A DNA stretch of 64,000 nt from an uncultured Clostridia bacterium (GTDB lineage: Bacteria > Bacillota > Clostridia > Christensenellales > UBA1242), in NCBI GenBank assembly GCA_944382715.1, contig CALWNC010000001.1, positions 224,104 to 288,103 on the forward strand, in the 5' to 3' direction. A model generated the notes under the pieces. The model was not told where the DNA came from and did not search any database. It was given only the letters and a program-made list of their open reading frames with translations. The stretch's first letter is position 1. Every line of letters starts with the position of its first letter. Both the position numbers and the translations under genes were made by a program. Shown in pieces: positions 20,478-30,296 of the stretch.

Positions 20478-21545
20478 ATGAACGAATTTTTAGATGTTTT
20501 ACTTGACTCTTTTCTTGACACGGTAAAACTCATTCCCTTTCTATTTTTTGTATACTTTTTAATAGAATTATTAGAATATAAAAATGTATTTCGCTTTGAA
20601 AAGTCTAAACTTTTAACTGGAGGTGCAAGTCCTGCCGTTGGTACTTGTTTTGGTATTGTTCCACAGTGTGGTTTTTCTGTTATTTCTGCTGAACTTTATT
20701 CAGAAAGAAAAATGTCAATTTCTGCACTAATTGCCGTGTTTTTGGCAACAAGCGATGAGGCATTTCCCATTTTAATATCTAACTACAAATCCATTCCCGT
20801 TCTCATTGCACTTTTACTGGTAAAGCTTATAATTGCCTTAGTTGTTGGATATTTAATCTACTTTATCTACGAGAAATTAATGAAAAAGGCAAGTACACCA
20901 AAAGCTAATAAAAATGACACTGCTAACAAAGATGCTCAAAAAGATGCCACCATAACAAAAAGTGAAGGTATTGAAATTCACAGCTCACAATCTACTTATA
21001 GTCATAGTGAAGAATTGCATACACACGCTGACAATCACTTCGACGAACATGAGCACAATGACACTGGTGAAACTGAAGATAATCATGTTCATTCAAGACA
21101 TCTTCACGCTTGCTGTCACCACGACATTGAGGACCAACAAAAATTTAACTGGAAACACCCACTAATTCACTGCTTTAAAATAGCACTTTACATCTTTATT
21201 GTTAATTTCATTTTATCTGGACTTATAGCTTTAATTGGAGAAGAAAATATTTCAGCATTTTTAACTACAAGTTCTGCCTTTCAGCCACTATTTGCACTTA
21301 TTATTGGATTTATTCCAAACTGTGCATCTTCGGTAATTTTAACTGAGCTTTTTATGGAAGGTATGATTAGTTTTGGTTCAATTGTAACTGGTCTTTGTGC
21401 AAATGCTGGCATTGGTCTATTTGTGCTTTTTAAAGAAAATAAAAATATAAAGGAAAACTTATTCATTGTTGCTGTTTTGATTGTAACTAGTTTAGTCTTT
21501 GGATATGCTTTGCACTTTATTCCACTTGATTTTTTAAACATTTGA
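20478..21545 (+). CDS. ArsP_2-like ~10-TM putative metal permease with His-rich central loop
   Basis: N-terminal LLDSFLDTVKLIPFLFF and GFIPNCASSV motifs. The central loop carries many His/Cys (HTHADNHFDEHEHND...HLHACCHHD). The ATG at 20478 follows GGAGAA. Confidence 0.5.
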   Translation: MNEFLDVLLDSFLDTVKLIPFLFFVYFLIELLEYKNVFRFEKSKLLTGGASPAVGTCFGIVPQCGFSVISAELYSERKMSISALIAVFLATSDEAFPILISNYKSIPVLIALLLVKLIIALVVGYLIYFIYEKLMKKASTPKANKNDTANKDAQKDATITKSEGIEIHSSQSTYSHSEELHTHADNHFDEHEHNDTGETEDNHVHSRHLHACCHHDIEDQQKFNWKHPLIHCFKIALYIFIVNFILSGLIALIGEENISAFLTTSSAFQPLFALIIGFIPNCASSVILTELFMEGMISFGSIVTGLCANAGIGLFVLFKENKNIKENLFIVAVLIVTSLVFGYALHFIPLDFLNI

Positions 21546-21617
21546 TTGTAACTATTTTATTAATGTAAAAATGTAGTTTAAAGATAGATTTTTAATCTTA
21601 CTAAAATAAAACAAAAA

Positions 21618-21648
21618 AACATCTAGCAACGACTAGATGTTTTTTATT
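21618..21648 (+). terminator. intrinsic terminator
   Basis: AAACATCTAG caacga CTAGATGTTT followed by TTTT. Confidence 0.75.
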
Positions 21649-21710
21649 AATTATAGTAATTTTATTGACAAATCTATAAAATTTTGCATAATTGATTTGG
21701 TGAGGTTTTT

Positions 21711-22583
21711 ATGAATAAATTTAAAGAAAAATTAAATAATTTGTGGAATTATTTTACAACATACGAAATTTGTTGGCTTATTTCAATTCTTGGTCTATCA
21801 ATTATTGTTACTATTTTATTCCCATCAGTAGTTGATGACCTAGGCATTCACCCATTTGCCATTATGGGACTATATCTTTTAGACGTGGTGCTAAATGTAA
21901 TCTGTGAGCTTCTAATTTCAAAACAAAGTCGATGGAATTTTATAGTTTCTCTATTTGTAGAAATTACTGAAATTGTTACTCTTATTCTAATAGCAGAAAG
22001 ATTTGCCACAATGGCAGTTACAATCTTTTTCTGGATTCCTTGCGACATAATAAGTTTTGTTAACTGGAATAAAAATAAAGATAAAGACGAAGACGAACTT
22101 ACCATTGTTAGAACACTAAAAGGCTGGCAAGAAGCACTTATTATTCTTGGTATTGCCATCTGGACTGTTGGAGTTGGATACCTTTTAACTGTAATTTCTC
22201 CAGAGGGTATATTAGAATCAAATTCAACTGCAGAAATTGCCCTTTGCTATATTGATGCCTGTGCATCAGCAGTTGGCATATGCAATGGATTATTTATTCT
22301 TTTTAGATTTAGAGAACAATGGATTGCTTGGTATATTTGTACAATACTTGAAACTATAATGAATATCATTTTAGGTCAATGGGTTTTATTAGTTCTTAAA
22401 GCTGGATATTTAACCAACACAACCTATGGCTACATTAAGTGGACAAAGTATATCAAATCTCATGAAAACAAAACTGTAAATTTGCCTAATGAAGGTGGCA
22501 ACGGGAATTCAAATGAAAACTGCAATGATTGTAACCTTGCCCTAGCAGAAAGTTCTAACGAACTAAGTCACCAAAACAGTTAA
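21711..22583 (+). CDS. pnuC: nicotinamide riboside transporter PnuC family
   Basis: 7-TM protein with IFFWIPCDIISFVNW and YGYIKW motifs typical of PnuC. Confidence 0.65.
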   Translation: MNKFKEKLNNLWNYFTTYEICWLISILGLSIIVTILFPSVVDDLGIHPFAIMGLYLLDVVLNVICELLISKQSRWNFIVSLFVEITEIVTLILIAERFATMAVTIFFWIPCDIISFVNWNKNKDKDEDELTIVRTLKGWQEALIILGIAIWTVGVGYLLTVISPEGILESNSTAEIALCYIDACASAVGICNGLFILFRFREQWIAWYICTILETIMNIILGQWVLLVLKAGYLTNTTYGYIKWTKYIKSHENKTVNLPNEGGNGNSNENCNDCNLALAESSNELSHQNS

Positions 22584-22810
22584 AGTTTTACAAAAATTGT
22601 CAACTTAATAACATACATTTTTTAAAAATGTTTTAATTGTACAAACTTTAATCTTTTATTAAAAATAAAATTATGTTAATTTTTTTAGCATAATTTTATT
22701 TTTTTACATTTTAAATATTTATTAAAAAAATTACAAAATAATTTAAAAAATTTTTATGCAAAACACATAAAAAAAATATTTATGCAATTTGTATAAATAT
22801 TGTATAAAAA

Positions 22811-22858
22811 ACACAATATATTGTGTGTCCCTATTGACTTTAATCACAAAATATGATT
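22811..22858 (+). promoter_or_regulatory. tandem NrdR boxes overlapping nrdD promoter
   Basis: ACACAATATATTGTGT (22811-22826) is a perfect palindrome matching the NrdR-box consensus. A second degenerate box ATCACAAAATATGATT (22843-22858) lies 32 bp centre-to-centre. TTGACT lies at 22834-22839. Confidence 0.65.
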
Positions 22859-22889
22859 AAATTAATATTGTACGTTTTAGGAGGATATT

Positions 22890-25067
22890 ATGAAAATCAT
22901 CAAAAGAAGTGGTATGGAACAATCCTTTAATATTGAAAAAATTAAAAGGGCAATTAACAAGGCAAACATAACTGTTCCAGAAACACTCAGACTTACAGAA
23001 GACCAAATCGAAACCATTTCTCAAAACATTGAGGACATTTGCAGAAACTCAACTCACATTGAAAATGTTGAAGAGATTCAAGATATGGTTGAAAGACAAA
23101 TTATGATATTTGGAGCATTTGAGGTTGCTAAAAACTACATTACTTACAGATATCAAAGAGAGCTTGCCCGAAAAAATAACACTACCGACAAGCAAATTAT
23201 GAGTCTTATTGACTGCAACAATGAAGAAGTTAAGCAGGAAAACTCTAACAAAAACCCAACAATAAATAGTGTTCAAAGAGATTATATGGCTGGGGAAGTT
23301 TCAAAAGATTTATGTAGGAGATTTTTAGTCCCAAGAGCCGTAATGGAAGCTCACGATGAAGGTATTATTCACTTCCACGATGCAGATTATTTTGCACAAA
23401 GAATGCACAACTGTGACCTCGTAAACCTTGAAGATATGCTTCAAAATGGAACTGTTATTTCTGGAACAATGATTGAAAAGCCACATTCTTTTTCTACTGC
23501 ATGCAACATTGCCACACAAATTATTGCTCAAGTTGCAAGTAATCAGTATGGTGGTCAAAGTATTTCTCTTACTCATCTTGCACCTTTTGTTGATATTTCA
23601 AGACAAAAAATTCGCAAAAATACTATTGACGAATTTAAAAAGCTTCAAATTGAAGTATCTGAGGAGCAATTAAACGAAATTGTTGAAAATAAAGTTAAAG
23701 ACGAAATTAACAAGGGAATTCAAACAATTCAATATCAAGTTGTTACTCTTATGACAACCAATGGTCAAGCACCTTTCATTACTATTTTTATGTATCTTGG
23801 AGAGGCTAGAAATGAACAGGAAAAACATGACCTTGCAATGATGATTGAAGAAACTTTAAAACAAAGAACAATTGGCGTTAAAAACCAAAAGGGCGTATAT
23901 ATTACCCCTGCATTTCCAAAACTAATATATGTTCTTGAAGAACAAAATATTCACGAAGACAGCCCATATTTTTACTTGACCAAGCTTGCTGCAAAATGTA
24001 CGGCTAAAAGACTTGTTCCTGACTATATTTCTGAAAAGAAAATGAAGGAACTTAAAATTGATAAAAATGGCAATGGTCAATGCTACACCTGCATGGGTTG
24101 TAGAAGTTTTTTAACACCTTATGTTGATCCAAAAACCAATCAGCCAAAATACTATGGCAGATTTAATCAAGGTGTCGTTACAGTCAATCTAGTTGACATT
24201 GCACTTTCATCTAAAAAAGACTTAAATAAATTCTGGGAAATATTTGATGAAAGAATGGAGCTTTGTCATAAAGGGCTTAGATGCAGGCACGAAAGGCTTA
24301 AAGGTACAACTTCTGATGTTGCTCCAATACTTTGGCAATACGGTGCACTTGCAAGACTTAAGCCGGGTGAAAAAATTGATAGTTTGCTTTATGGTGGATA
24401 CTCTACCCTTTCACTTGGTTATGCAGGACTTTGGGAAACAGTTTACTATTTAACTGGTAAAAAACTTACTGAAGATGAAGGTAAGGAAATGGGACTTCAA
24501 ATTATGCGTAAGCTTAACGAATATACTCAAAAATGGAAAGAAAGTGAAGGAATTGACTACTCTCTTTACGGCACACCACTTGAGTCTACCACATATAAAT
24601 TTGCAAAAGCACTTCAAAGAAGATTTGGAATCATTAAGGGATTAACTGACAAAAACTACATAACAAATAGTTATCACGTTCATGTAACAGAGCCAATTTC
24701 AGCATTTGCTAAACTTAAGTTAGAGAGTGAATTCCAGGAGCTTAGTCCTGGTGGTGCCATTTCATATGTCGAAGTACCTAACATGCAAGACAATATTCCT
24801 GCAGTTATTGAAGTTATTAAATTTATTTATGACAACATAATGTACGCAGAACTCAATACTAAGTCAGACTACTGTATGGTATGTGGATATGACGGGGAAA
24901 TTAAAATTGAAGAGGCAGATGGGAAACTTTATTGGAGATGCCCAAACTGTGGCAACACAGACCAAGACAAGATGAATGTTTCAAGGCGTACTTGTGGATA
25001 TATCGGTTCACAATTCTGGAACCAAGGCAGAACTCAAGAAATTCGTGACAGGGTGCTTCACTTATAA
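22890..25067 (+). CDS. nrdD: anaerobic ribonucleoside-triphosphate reductase
   Basis: N-terminal ATP-cone, C-terminal Zn ribbon CMVCGY...CPNCG, and glycyl-radical motif RRTCGYIG. Confidence 0.95.
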   Translation: MKIIKRSGMEQSFNIEKIKRAINKANITVPETLRLTEDQIETISQNIEDICRNSTHIENVEEIQDMVERQIMIFGAFEVAKNYITYRYQRELARKNNTTDKQIMSLIDCNNEEVKQENSNKNPTINSVQRDYMAGEVSKDLCRRFLVPRAVMEAHDEGIIHFHDADYFAQRMHNCDLVNLEDMLQNGTVISGTMIEKPHSFSTACNIATQIIAQVASNQYGGQSISLTHLAPFVDISRQKIRKNTIDEFKKLQIEVSEEQLNEIVENKVKDEINKGIQTIQYQVVTLMTTNGQAPFITIFMYLGEARNEQEKHDLAMMIEETLKQRTIGVKNQKGVYITPAFPKLIYVLEEQNIHEDSPYFYLTKLAAKCTAKRLVPDYISEKKMKELKIDKNGNGQCYTCMGCRSFLTPYVDPKTNQPKYYGRFNQGVVTVNLVDIALSSKKDLNKFWEIFDERMELCHKGLRCRHERLKGTTSDVAPILWQYGALARLKPGEKIDSLLYGGYSTLSLGYAGLWETVYYLTGKKLTEDEGKEMGLQIMRKLNEYTQKWKESEGIDYSLYGTPLESTTYKFAKALQRRFGIIKGLTDKNYITNSYHVHVTEPISAFAKLKLESEFQELSPGGAISYVEVPNMQDNIPAVIEVIKFIYDNIMYAELNTKSDYCMVCGYDGEIKIEEADGKLYWRCPNCGNTDQDKMNVSRRTCGYIGSQFWNQGRTQEIRDRVLHL

Positions 25068-25591
25068 TGTACTACGGTAATATTAAAGAAACTGACATTG
25101 CAAACGGAATCGGCATTCGTGTTTCCCTATTCGTTTCTGGTTGCACTCATCACTGCAAAAATTGTTTTAATCAAATGACTTGGGACTTTAAGTATGGTGA
25201 ACCCTTTACAGAAGAGACCGAAGAAAAAATTTTAAAATTGTTAGAACCATCTTACATAAGTGGACTCACACTACTTGGTGGAGAACCAATGGAACCTGCC
25301 AACCAAATTGCACTTTTGCCTTTACTTAAAAAATTTAGAGCAAAATTTGGAAATGGCAAGAATATTTGGTGCTACACAGGATATTTGTTTGACGAAGAAT
25401 TACTTCGTCCAAGCAGAGCGAGATGCGAAGTTACCGATGAACTGTTAAGTTATATTGATGTGCTGGTAGACGGCGAATTTGTGGAAGAACTTAAAAGTTT
25501 ATCTTTAAAATTTAGAGGTTCATCTAATCAAAGGATTATTGATGTCCCAAAATCACTTGAAAAAGGTCAAGTAATTATTTACACAATATAA
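25067..25591 (+). CDS. nrdG: anaerobic RNR activating radical-SAM protein
   Basis: CTHHCKNCFN (CX3CX2C). Overlaps the nrdD stop. 174 aa. Confidence 0.9.
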   Translation: MYYGNIKETDIANGIGIRVSLFVSGCTHHCKNCFNQMTWDFKYGEPFTEETEEKILKLLEPSYISGLTLLGGEPMEPANQIALLPLLKKFRAKFGNGKNIWCYTGYLFDEELLRPSRARCEVTDELLSYIDVLVDGEFVEELKSLSLKFRGSSNQRIIDVPKSLEKGQVIIYTI

Positions 25592-25682
25592 TTAATAAAA
25601 TTTAATTTAAACTATTATTTTCTAACTTAATAAGTAATTAAAATTATTAAATCTAAGTTAATCATTTCATAAACACATTCTA

Positions 25683-25721
25683 AAAAAGGACATTAAAATT
25701 TAATTTTTGATGTCCTTTTTT
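25683..25721 (+). terminator. intrinsic terminator after nrdG
   Basis: AAAAGGACAT ... ATGTCCTTTT followed by a T-run. Confidence 0.75.
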
Positions 25722-25846
25722 ATTAATATACAGATTAATCTATTATTTTTAATTATCAATCACTTGACAATATTAATGGTTTTAATTAATATATAACTAC
25801 CCTTCATCAAATAAATTTTATATTAATTAATAAATAAATTAAACAA

Positions 25847-27280
25847 ATGATACACAAAAACTTTTTTATAGAATTTTTAAAAGGTAATAATAAGTCAATG
25901 AGCTTTATGCTTTTAATAACAGCTCTAATTTTTTGTTTATTCGACATTTCGTTTTTCAGACCTATTTTTATAATAGTTCTTCTATTAATCTCACTTTTTA
26001 ACATTGATATAAATCAAATTATTGCTTTCTTTATAATATACATATTGCACTTTATATTATTTGATTCAAGTTTACTTTTAAATATCTTATTATTATATTT
26101 CCCTTTTTTAATTATAAAATTATTTTTTATAAAAATTTTTATTTCAGGTACAATAATTCATAAAAAACTTACTAACTTTTTTTCATATTTGATTATTATA
26201 GCTTTGCTTTTAATTTATTCAATTTATAATTGTTTATGTATGGGATATAAAAGTAACTCCGATTATATATCTCTTTATCAAATTCTTACAATGATATCAT
26301 TAATTTGTATTTTTTATATGAAAGATGATATAAAATTCACTGAAATTGCTTTAACTTTTTGTTATTCACTTATATTTAGCAATTTAATATATTTCATTGC
26401 AAAAGATTCCCTTCATATTACTACCTATTTTATTGATGGCTATAAGCAATTTAATGGATTAAGTGCACACCCTAATACAATGGTTGAAAAAGTGTGCTTT
26501 GCCATTTCTTGTCTATTGGTTTGTAAATGTTATAACAAAGTTGACAACTATCAATTTTTCACAATTTTTATAATTTTATTTACAATTGGGATATTAACAC
26601 TTTCAAGAATGTTTTTACTTGCAGTATCATTAGAACTTATTTTATTTTTTATTTTTATTGTAATAAAAGAAAAGAAAAAATCTTTTTTATTTCTTAGTTC
26701 TTTTTCACTATGCATAGTTTGTTTATTATTAATTTTTAATAATCAAGTTTTAATAACTATTGAGAAGTCTAAAAATTTCATTATAGATATCCCTGACAAT
26801 ATAAACAATCCAGTCATAAATTTAAACAATCCAGTCATAAATATAAACAATCCAGTCATATTTTACAAGATTATGAATGGAGAAATACAATTTGACCCTG
26901 GCAGGCTCTATCTTTGGTACTTATACTTTATTAAAATTTTTTTCTCTTATAAAACTGCATTATTCGGATATGGATATTCTTCGGCTAGTATTGGTCAAAT
27001 GGGAACCCACAATAGTTTTATAAACTATATATATAAATTTGGATTAATTGGATTTTTGATTATTTCACTAATTACAATATATATATTATATCAAAGCATA
27101 TTTAAAAATATAAATTTCCCAAAGAAACCAAAAGATAAAATTCTGTATATATTATGCTTTTTTATTCTCATAATAGGCTATTATATAGTAACACTTTTAA
27201 ATAATAATCTAGCACTTTTTACTATTCCATTTATATTTTTTATAGTTTACTTTAATGGAAATTTACAAAATGAAAATTGA
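25847..27280 (+). CDS. O-antigen ligase/Wzy-like polytopic membrane protein
   Basis: More than 10 TM segments. GYGYSSASIGQMGTHNSFINYIYKFGLIGF resembles the Wzy_C signature. Start codon uncertain. Confidence 0.55.
   Translation: MIHKNFFIEFLKGNNKSMSFMLLITALIFCLFDISFFRPIFIIVLLLISLFNIDINQIIAFFIIYILHFILFDSSLLLNILLLYFPFLIIKLFFIKIFISGTIIHKKLTNFFSYLIIIALLLIYSIYNCLCMGYKSNSDYISLYQILTMISLICIFYMKDDIKFTEIALTFCYSLIFSNLIYFIAKDSLHITTYFIDGYKQFNGLSAHPNTMVEKVCFAISCLLVCKCYNKVDNYQFFTIFIILFTIGILTLSRMFLLAVSLELILFFIFIVIKEKKKSFLFLSSFSLCIVCLLLIFNNQVLITIEKSKNFIIDIPDNINNPVINLNNPVININNPVIFYKIMNGEIQFDPGRLYLWYLYFIKIFFSYKTALFGYGYSSASIGQMGTHNSFINYIYKFGLIGFLIISLITIYILYQSIFKNINFPKKPKDKILYILCFFILIIGYYIVTLLNNNLALFTIPFIFFIVYFNGNLQNEN
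26804..26862 (+). repeat. 2.8 x 21-nt in-frame tandem repeat (NNPVINL)
   Basis: AACAATCCAGTCATAAAT(T/A)TA occurs at 26804 and 26825, with a partial copy at 26846. Confidence 0.9.
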
Positions 27281-27310
27281 CAATATGTCTTTTTTGCTTA
27301 TAATAGACTT

Positions 27311-28207
27311 ATGATTAGTAAATGTAATATTTGTCCCAGAAATTGTAACTTAAATAGAGATGAAACTGTGGGCTACTGCAAAGCTTCAAGCACTTTGGTT
27401 GTTTCAAAGGTTATGCTTCACCACTTTGAAGAGCCACCAATTAGTGGTACGAATTGCAATTGTGGCAGTGGAGCAATCTTTTTTTCTGGTTGTAATCTTG
27501 GCTGTGTATACTGCCAAAACTTTGAAATCTCTTCAAAACTTATGGGAAAAGAAATTACTATTAATGGTTTGGTAGATATATTTAAACAACTTGAAAATGC
27601 AGGTGCCTACAACATCAATCTTGTAACTCCTACGCACTTTACGCTTCAAATTCTAAGGGCATTAAAAATATACAAGCCAAAAATACCTGTAATTTGGAAT
27701 ACATCTGGATATGAAAAGCCCGAAACAATAAAACTTCTTGATGGGTATGTTGACATATTTCTCACCGACTTTAAATATTTTGATGGTGAAATTGCAAGAA
27801 AATATTCATATGCAGAAAACTATCCAGAAATGTGTAAACAGTCTATTCTTGAAATGAGAAAAATAGTTCCAAATGACATTTTTGAAAATGGGCTTATGAA
27901 AAAAGGAATAATAATTCGTCACCTGTGCCTTCCTAGTTTTACCAAAGATAGTTTAAATGTTTTAGATTGGATATATAACAATCTTGGAAACCAAACTTAT
28001 TTATCACTTATGTCACAGTACACACCTGTGCACAAAGCTCATGAGTTTAGTGAAATTAATCGAAAGCTCAAACCAATTGAATATAAAGTTTTAATTGCCC
28101 ATTTAAAAAAATATGGATTTACTAATGTATTTTTGCAGGAACTTTCAAGTGCAAGTTCTGCGTACACCCCCGATTTTCAAGAGCAACAATTTGGGTTTAA
28201 ATTTTAA
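27311..28207 (+). CDS. radical SAM protein, PflX-type (pyruvate formate-lyase activase-like)
   Basis: CNLGCVYCQN cluster motif plus an N-terminal Cys-rich CNICPRNC. 298 aa. Confidence 0.7.
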   Translation: MISKCNICPRNCNLNRDETVGYCKASSTLVVSKVMLHHFEEPPISGTNCNCGSGAIFFSGCNLGCVYCQNFEISSKLMGKEITINGLVDIFKQLENAGAYNINLVTPTHFTLQILRALKIYKPKIPVIWNTSGYEKPETIKLLDGYVDIFLTDFKYFDGEIARKYSYAENYPEMCKQSILEMRKIVPNDIFENGLMKKGIIIRHLCLPSFTKDSLNVLDWIYNNLGNQTYLSLMSQYTPVHKAHEFSEINRKLKPIEYKVLIAHLKKYGFTNVFLQELSSASSAYTPDFQEQQFGFKF

Positions 28208-28443
28208 CAAATTAATCTTTATAATTAATAATTAATGCAACATAATTCATTTTTTTGATTTATTTAATTTTAGACAGTTTATTTTGTTGTATCTTTTTTG
28301 TTTACAAAAGAAATTAAACTAAAAATAATAGAAACTTACTATCTATAAAAAAATAATTTTGCATTTTTTCTTTAAAATAAAAATTAAATACACAAAATAG
28401 ATTAAATAAATATACTTTATAAACTTTACCCCCCCCCTCCAGC

Positions 28444-28473
28444 AGGTCAACCCAATAGAACGGATTATTTTTA
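28444..28473. repeat. left terminal inverted repeat / candidate attL
   Basis: AGGTCAACCCAATAGAACGGATTATTTTTA matches 24 of 30 positions of the reverse complement of 58631-58660. The identical core is CCCAATAGAAC. Confidence 0.55.
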
Positions 28474-28547
28474 ATATTTAATAATGTTATTATATATAAT
28501 ATAATTATTTAATATTAGTATATATCCTTATATAATACACTAAAATT

Positions 28548-28803
28548 TATCTTTTCGTCTCTGTCTTATATCACATTTTTCGTAAATGTAAATGCTCAAA
28601 AAATTTTGTTAGTATTTTAATATTTAATAGTTTTAAGTCAGGCAGAAGTGCTTGGCTTTTTTGTTGTGTAAAATTTTATTGGAGTTAATTTGTAAGACAA
28701 ATTTTTTTGAGTCGTTTCACTTTTTCATTTACATTTACACTAGAACCTATATACCTACTCTATTCACACCAAAACGTGATATTGCGCCCGTGTCGAAAAG
28801 ATA
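28548..28803. repeat. 256-bp imperfect multi-block inverted repeat upstream of first island operon
   Basis: Collinear pairing blocks: TATCTTTTCG/CGAAAAGATA, ATATCAC/GTGATAT, GTAAATGTAAATG/CATTTACATTTAC, CTCAAAAAA/TTTTTTGAG. Confidence 0.8.
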
Positions 28804-28833
28804 AAAAATAATAAATTTAAGGAGATATGACAA

Positions 28834-29052
28834 ATGAATGAAGAAAAAATATTTAATTTTCTTGGTATCGAAATTAATAAGTCAGAAGAAACACATAAGT
28901 TATTTGAAAAAGTTATAATTCTAGCTTATAAAGCTCGTGAAGAACTTGGTGAAGAAAACTATGATAAACTTGCAGACTTAATAATTACATTACAAGAATA
29001 TGCAGAACATTATGCACTTGATGGTTACTATCAAGGATATCTTAAAAAATAA
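28834..29052 (+). CDS. hypothetical small acidic protein
   Basis: 72 aa. RBS AAGGAGA. Confidence 0.5.
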   Translation: MNEEKIFNFLGIEINKSEETHKLFEKVIILAYKAREELGEENYDKLADLIITLQEYAEHYALDGYYQGYLKK

Positions 29053-29071
29053 AATAAGGAGTAAAAAGGAA

Positions 29072-29305
29072 ATGAATAAAAACTTAATTAATTATGAATA
29101 TGATTATTTTGATGGAGAAAATTATATAAACTTCATTATAACAAACCAAAAAGAAAACAGTATTGAATTAGCCATTACAGACTCAGGAAGAATAAGTGTA
29201 AAAGACTTAGACATCTTTGAAGACTGTAATGGTTTTTATTTTGAATACAGAAATGCTTACGAAAAAATTTATTTAGAAAATTTTGAAACAATAGGAGAAT
29301 TTTAG
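29072..29305 (+). CDS. hypothetical small acidic protein
   Basis: The ATG at 29072 follows AAGGAG(TAAAAAGGAA). 77 aa. Confidence 0.5.
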   Translation: MNKNLINYEYDYFDGENYINFIITNQKENSIELAITDSGRISVKDLDIFEDCNGFYFEYRNAYEKIYLENFETIGEF

Positions 29306-29306
29306 T

Positions 29307-29849
29307 ATGGAAAATATTAATGTAGTAATTGGAAGTTGGGGTTCTTATAACGAATGTAACGAAAGAGCCTTAGGAAGTGATTGGTTAGATTTAAGTGATT
29401 ATGACACTTATGAAGAAATTGAAGAAGAACTCAAAAAACAAGGTTTTGAGCTAGATGGAATTGATGAAGAATTGTTTATTCAAGACATTGAAGGAATTGA
29501 TGATAATAACACAAATTGGGATTATGTTCACCCGAAAAATTTATTTGAAACTTTAAAAGAAAGTGGAATTTTAAATGATGATTACAAATACAAGACCTTT
29601 GAAGCGTTCCTTGAAGTTGAATCCTTTAGCGAATTTGAAAGAAGAGTTGAAGATTCAGGAGATAGATGGGACGATGACATCTATCTCTATGAAGATTATA
29701 GTTGGTATGATTTAGGTTACTACTATTTACACGATTGTCATCAAATACCAGATTTTTTAGATAATTATATTGACTATGAAAGATATGGCGAAGAATTTAG
29801 TTATAGTGGATACCGTGAATATAGCAATGGAATTATTTGTATTAAATAA
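29307..29849 (+). CDS. ardA: ArdA-family antirestriction protein
   Basis: 180 aa and very acidic. N-terminal VVIGSWGSYNECNERALGSDWLDL and C-terminal LDNYIDYERYGEEFSYSGYREYSNGIICI parallel Tn916 Orf18/ArdA (LQNYIDYQAYGRDL...GIFEIVY). Confidence 0.75.
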   Translation: MENINVVIGSWGSYNECNERALGSDWLDLSDYDTYEEIEEELKKQGFELDGIDEELFIQDIEGIDDNNTNWDYVHPKNLFETLKESGILNDDYKYKTFEAFLEVESFSEFERRVEDSGDRWDDDIYLYEDYSWYDLGYYYLHDCHQIPDFLDNYIDYERYGEEFSYSGYREYSNGIICIK

Positions 29850-29870
29850 TAAAATTTAGGAGTAAAGATT

Positions 29871-30296
29871 ATGGAAAAAACAATGAACACAACAAGAGAA
29901 CAAAAGAAAGAAATAGCAATTAACTATTTAAAGAAATTAGATATTTATAAACCTTATATTAACGGTTTTAAAGAAGCAGACAATGTATGCTTCTTTGAAA
30001 ATTATGGTGGATTTTGGGCTTGGCAAGAACCAGAACTAATGGAAAAGATAAAAGAAATTGAAGAAAATTATAATTGCGTTGTATATGCAATAACACACGA
30101 ATATACAGAGTTTGGTGAGCTTTATGATTTTTTAATAATTACAGATTATAAAGAAGAGTGGAATAATTTGCTTGAAAAAAGTGGAAATCACTACTTTGCA
30201 TTTGCTTATGTATGGAATAAAGATGATGATTATTGCTCTGAATTTGGAACAATAACATTATCTAGTTTTGGTGGTGGAATAAGGAGAATTGGATAA
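29871..30296 (+). CDS. hypothetical protein
   Basis: 141 aa. RBS AGGAG. Confidence 0.5.
   Translation: MEKTMNTTREQKKEIAINYLKKLDIYKPYINGFKEADNVCFFENYGGFWAWQEPELMEKIKEIEENYNCVVYAITHEYTEFGELYDFLIITDYKEEWNNLLEKSGNHYFAFAYVWNKDDDYCSEFGTITLSSFGGGIRRIG

Noticed and set aside
21546-21710. NAD-related riboswitch (pnuC or nadA motif) upstream of pnuC
   Set aside because: The candidate promoter (TTGACA-17-TGcATAATT) leaves only a ~25-nt leader, too short for a structured riboswitch.
26804-26862. Possible CRISPR array (regular short repeats); also considered for 34041-34060 and 54744-54816
   Set aside because: Repeat units are 10-21 nt, directly abutting or with 4-nt spacers. They lie inside a CDS or a promoter region. 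No cas genes are present. They are not CRISPR.
20478-27313. Genetic code 4 (TGA=Trp) as an explanation for the in-frame TGA in rep
   Set aside because: Long host ORFs are intact under the standard code and Trp is encoded by TGG throughout. Reading TGA at 27278-27280 as sense would fuse the Wzy-like membrane protein in-frame to the radical-SAM enzyme. Genes at 21545 and 27280 appear to end with TGA.
28380-28480. tRNA or tmRNA gene as the integration target at the island edges (also 58630-58750)
   Set aside because: No cloverleaf-compatible sequence is visible (no GTTCRANYC T-loop and no acceptor-stem pairing). Serine integrases do not typically require tRNA targets.
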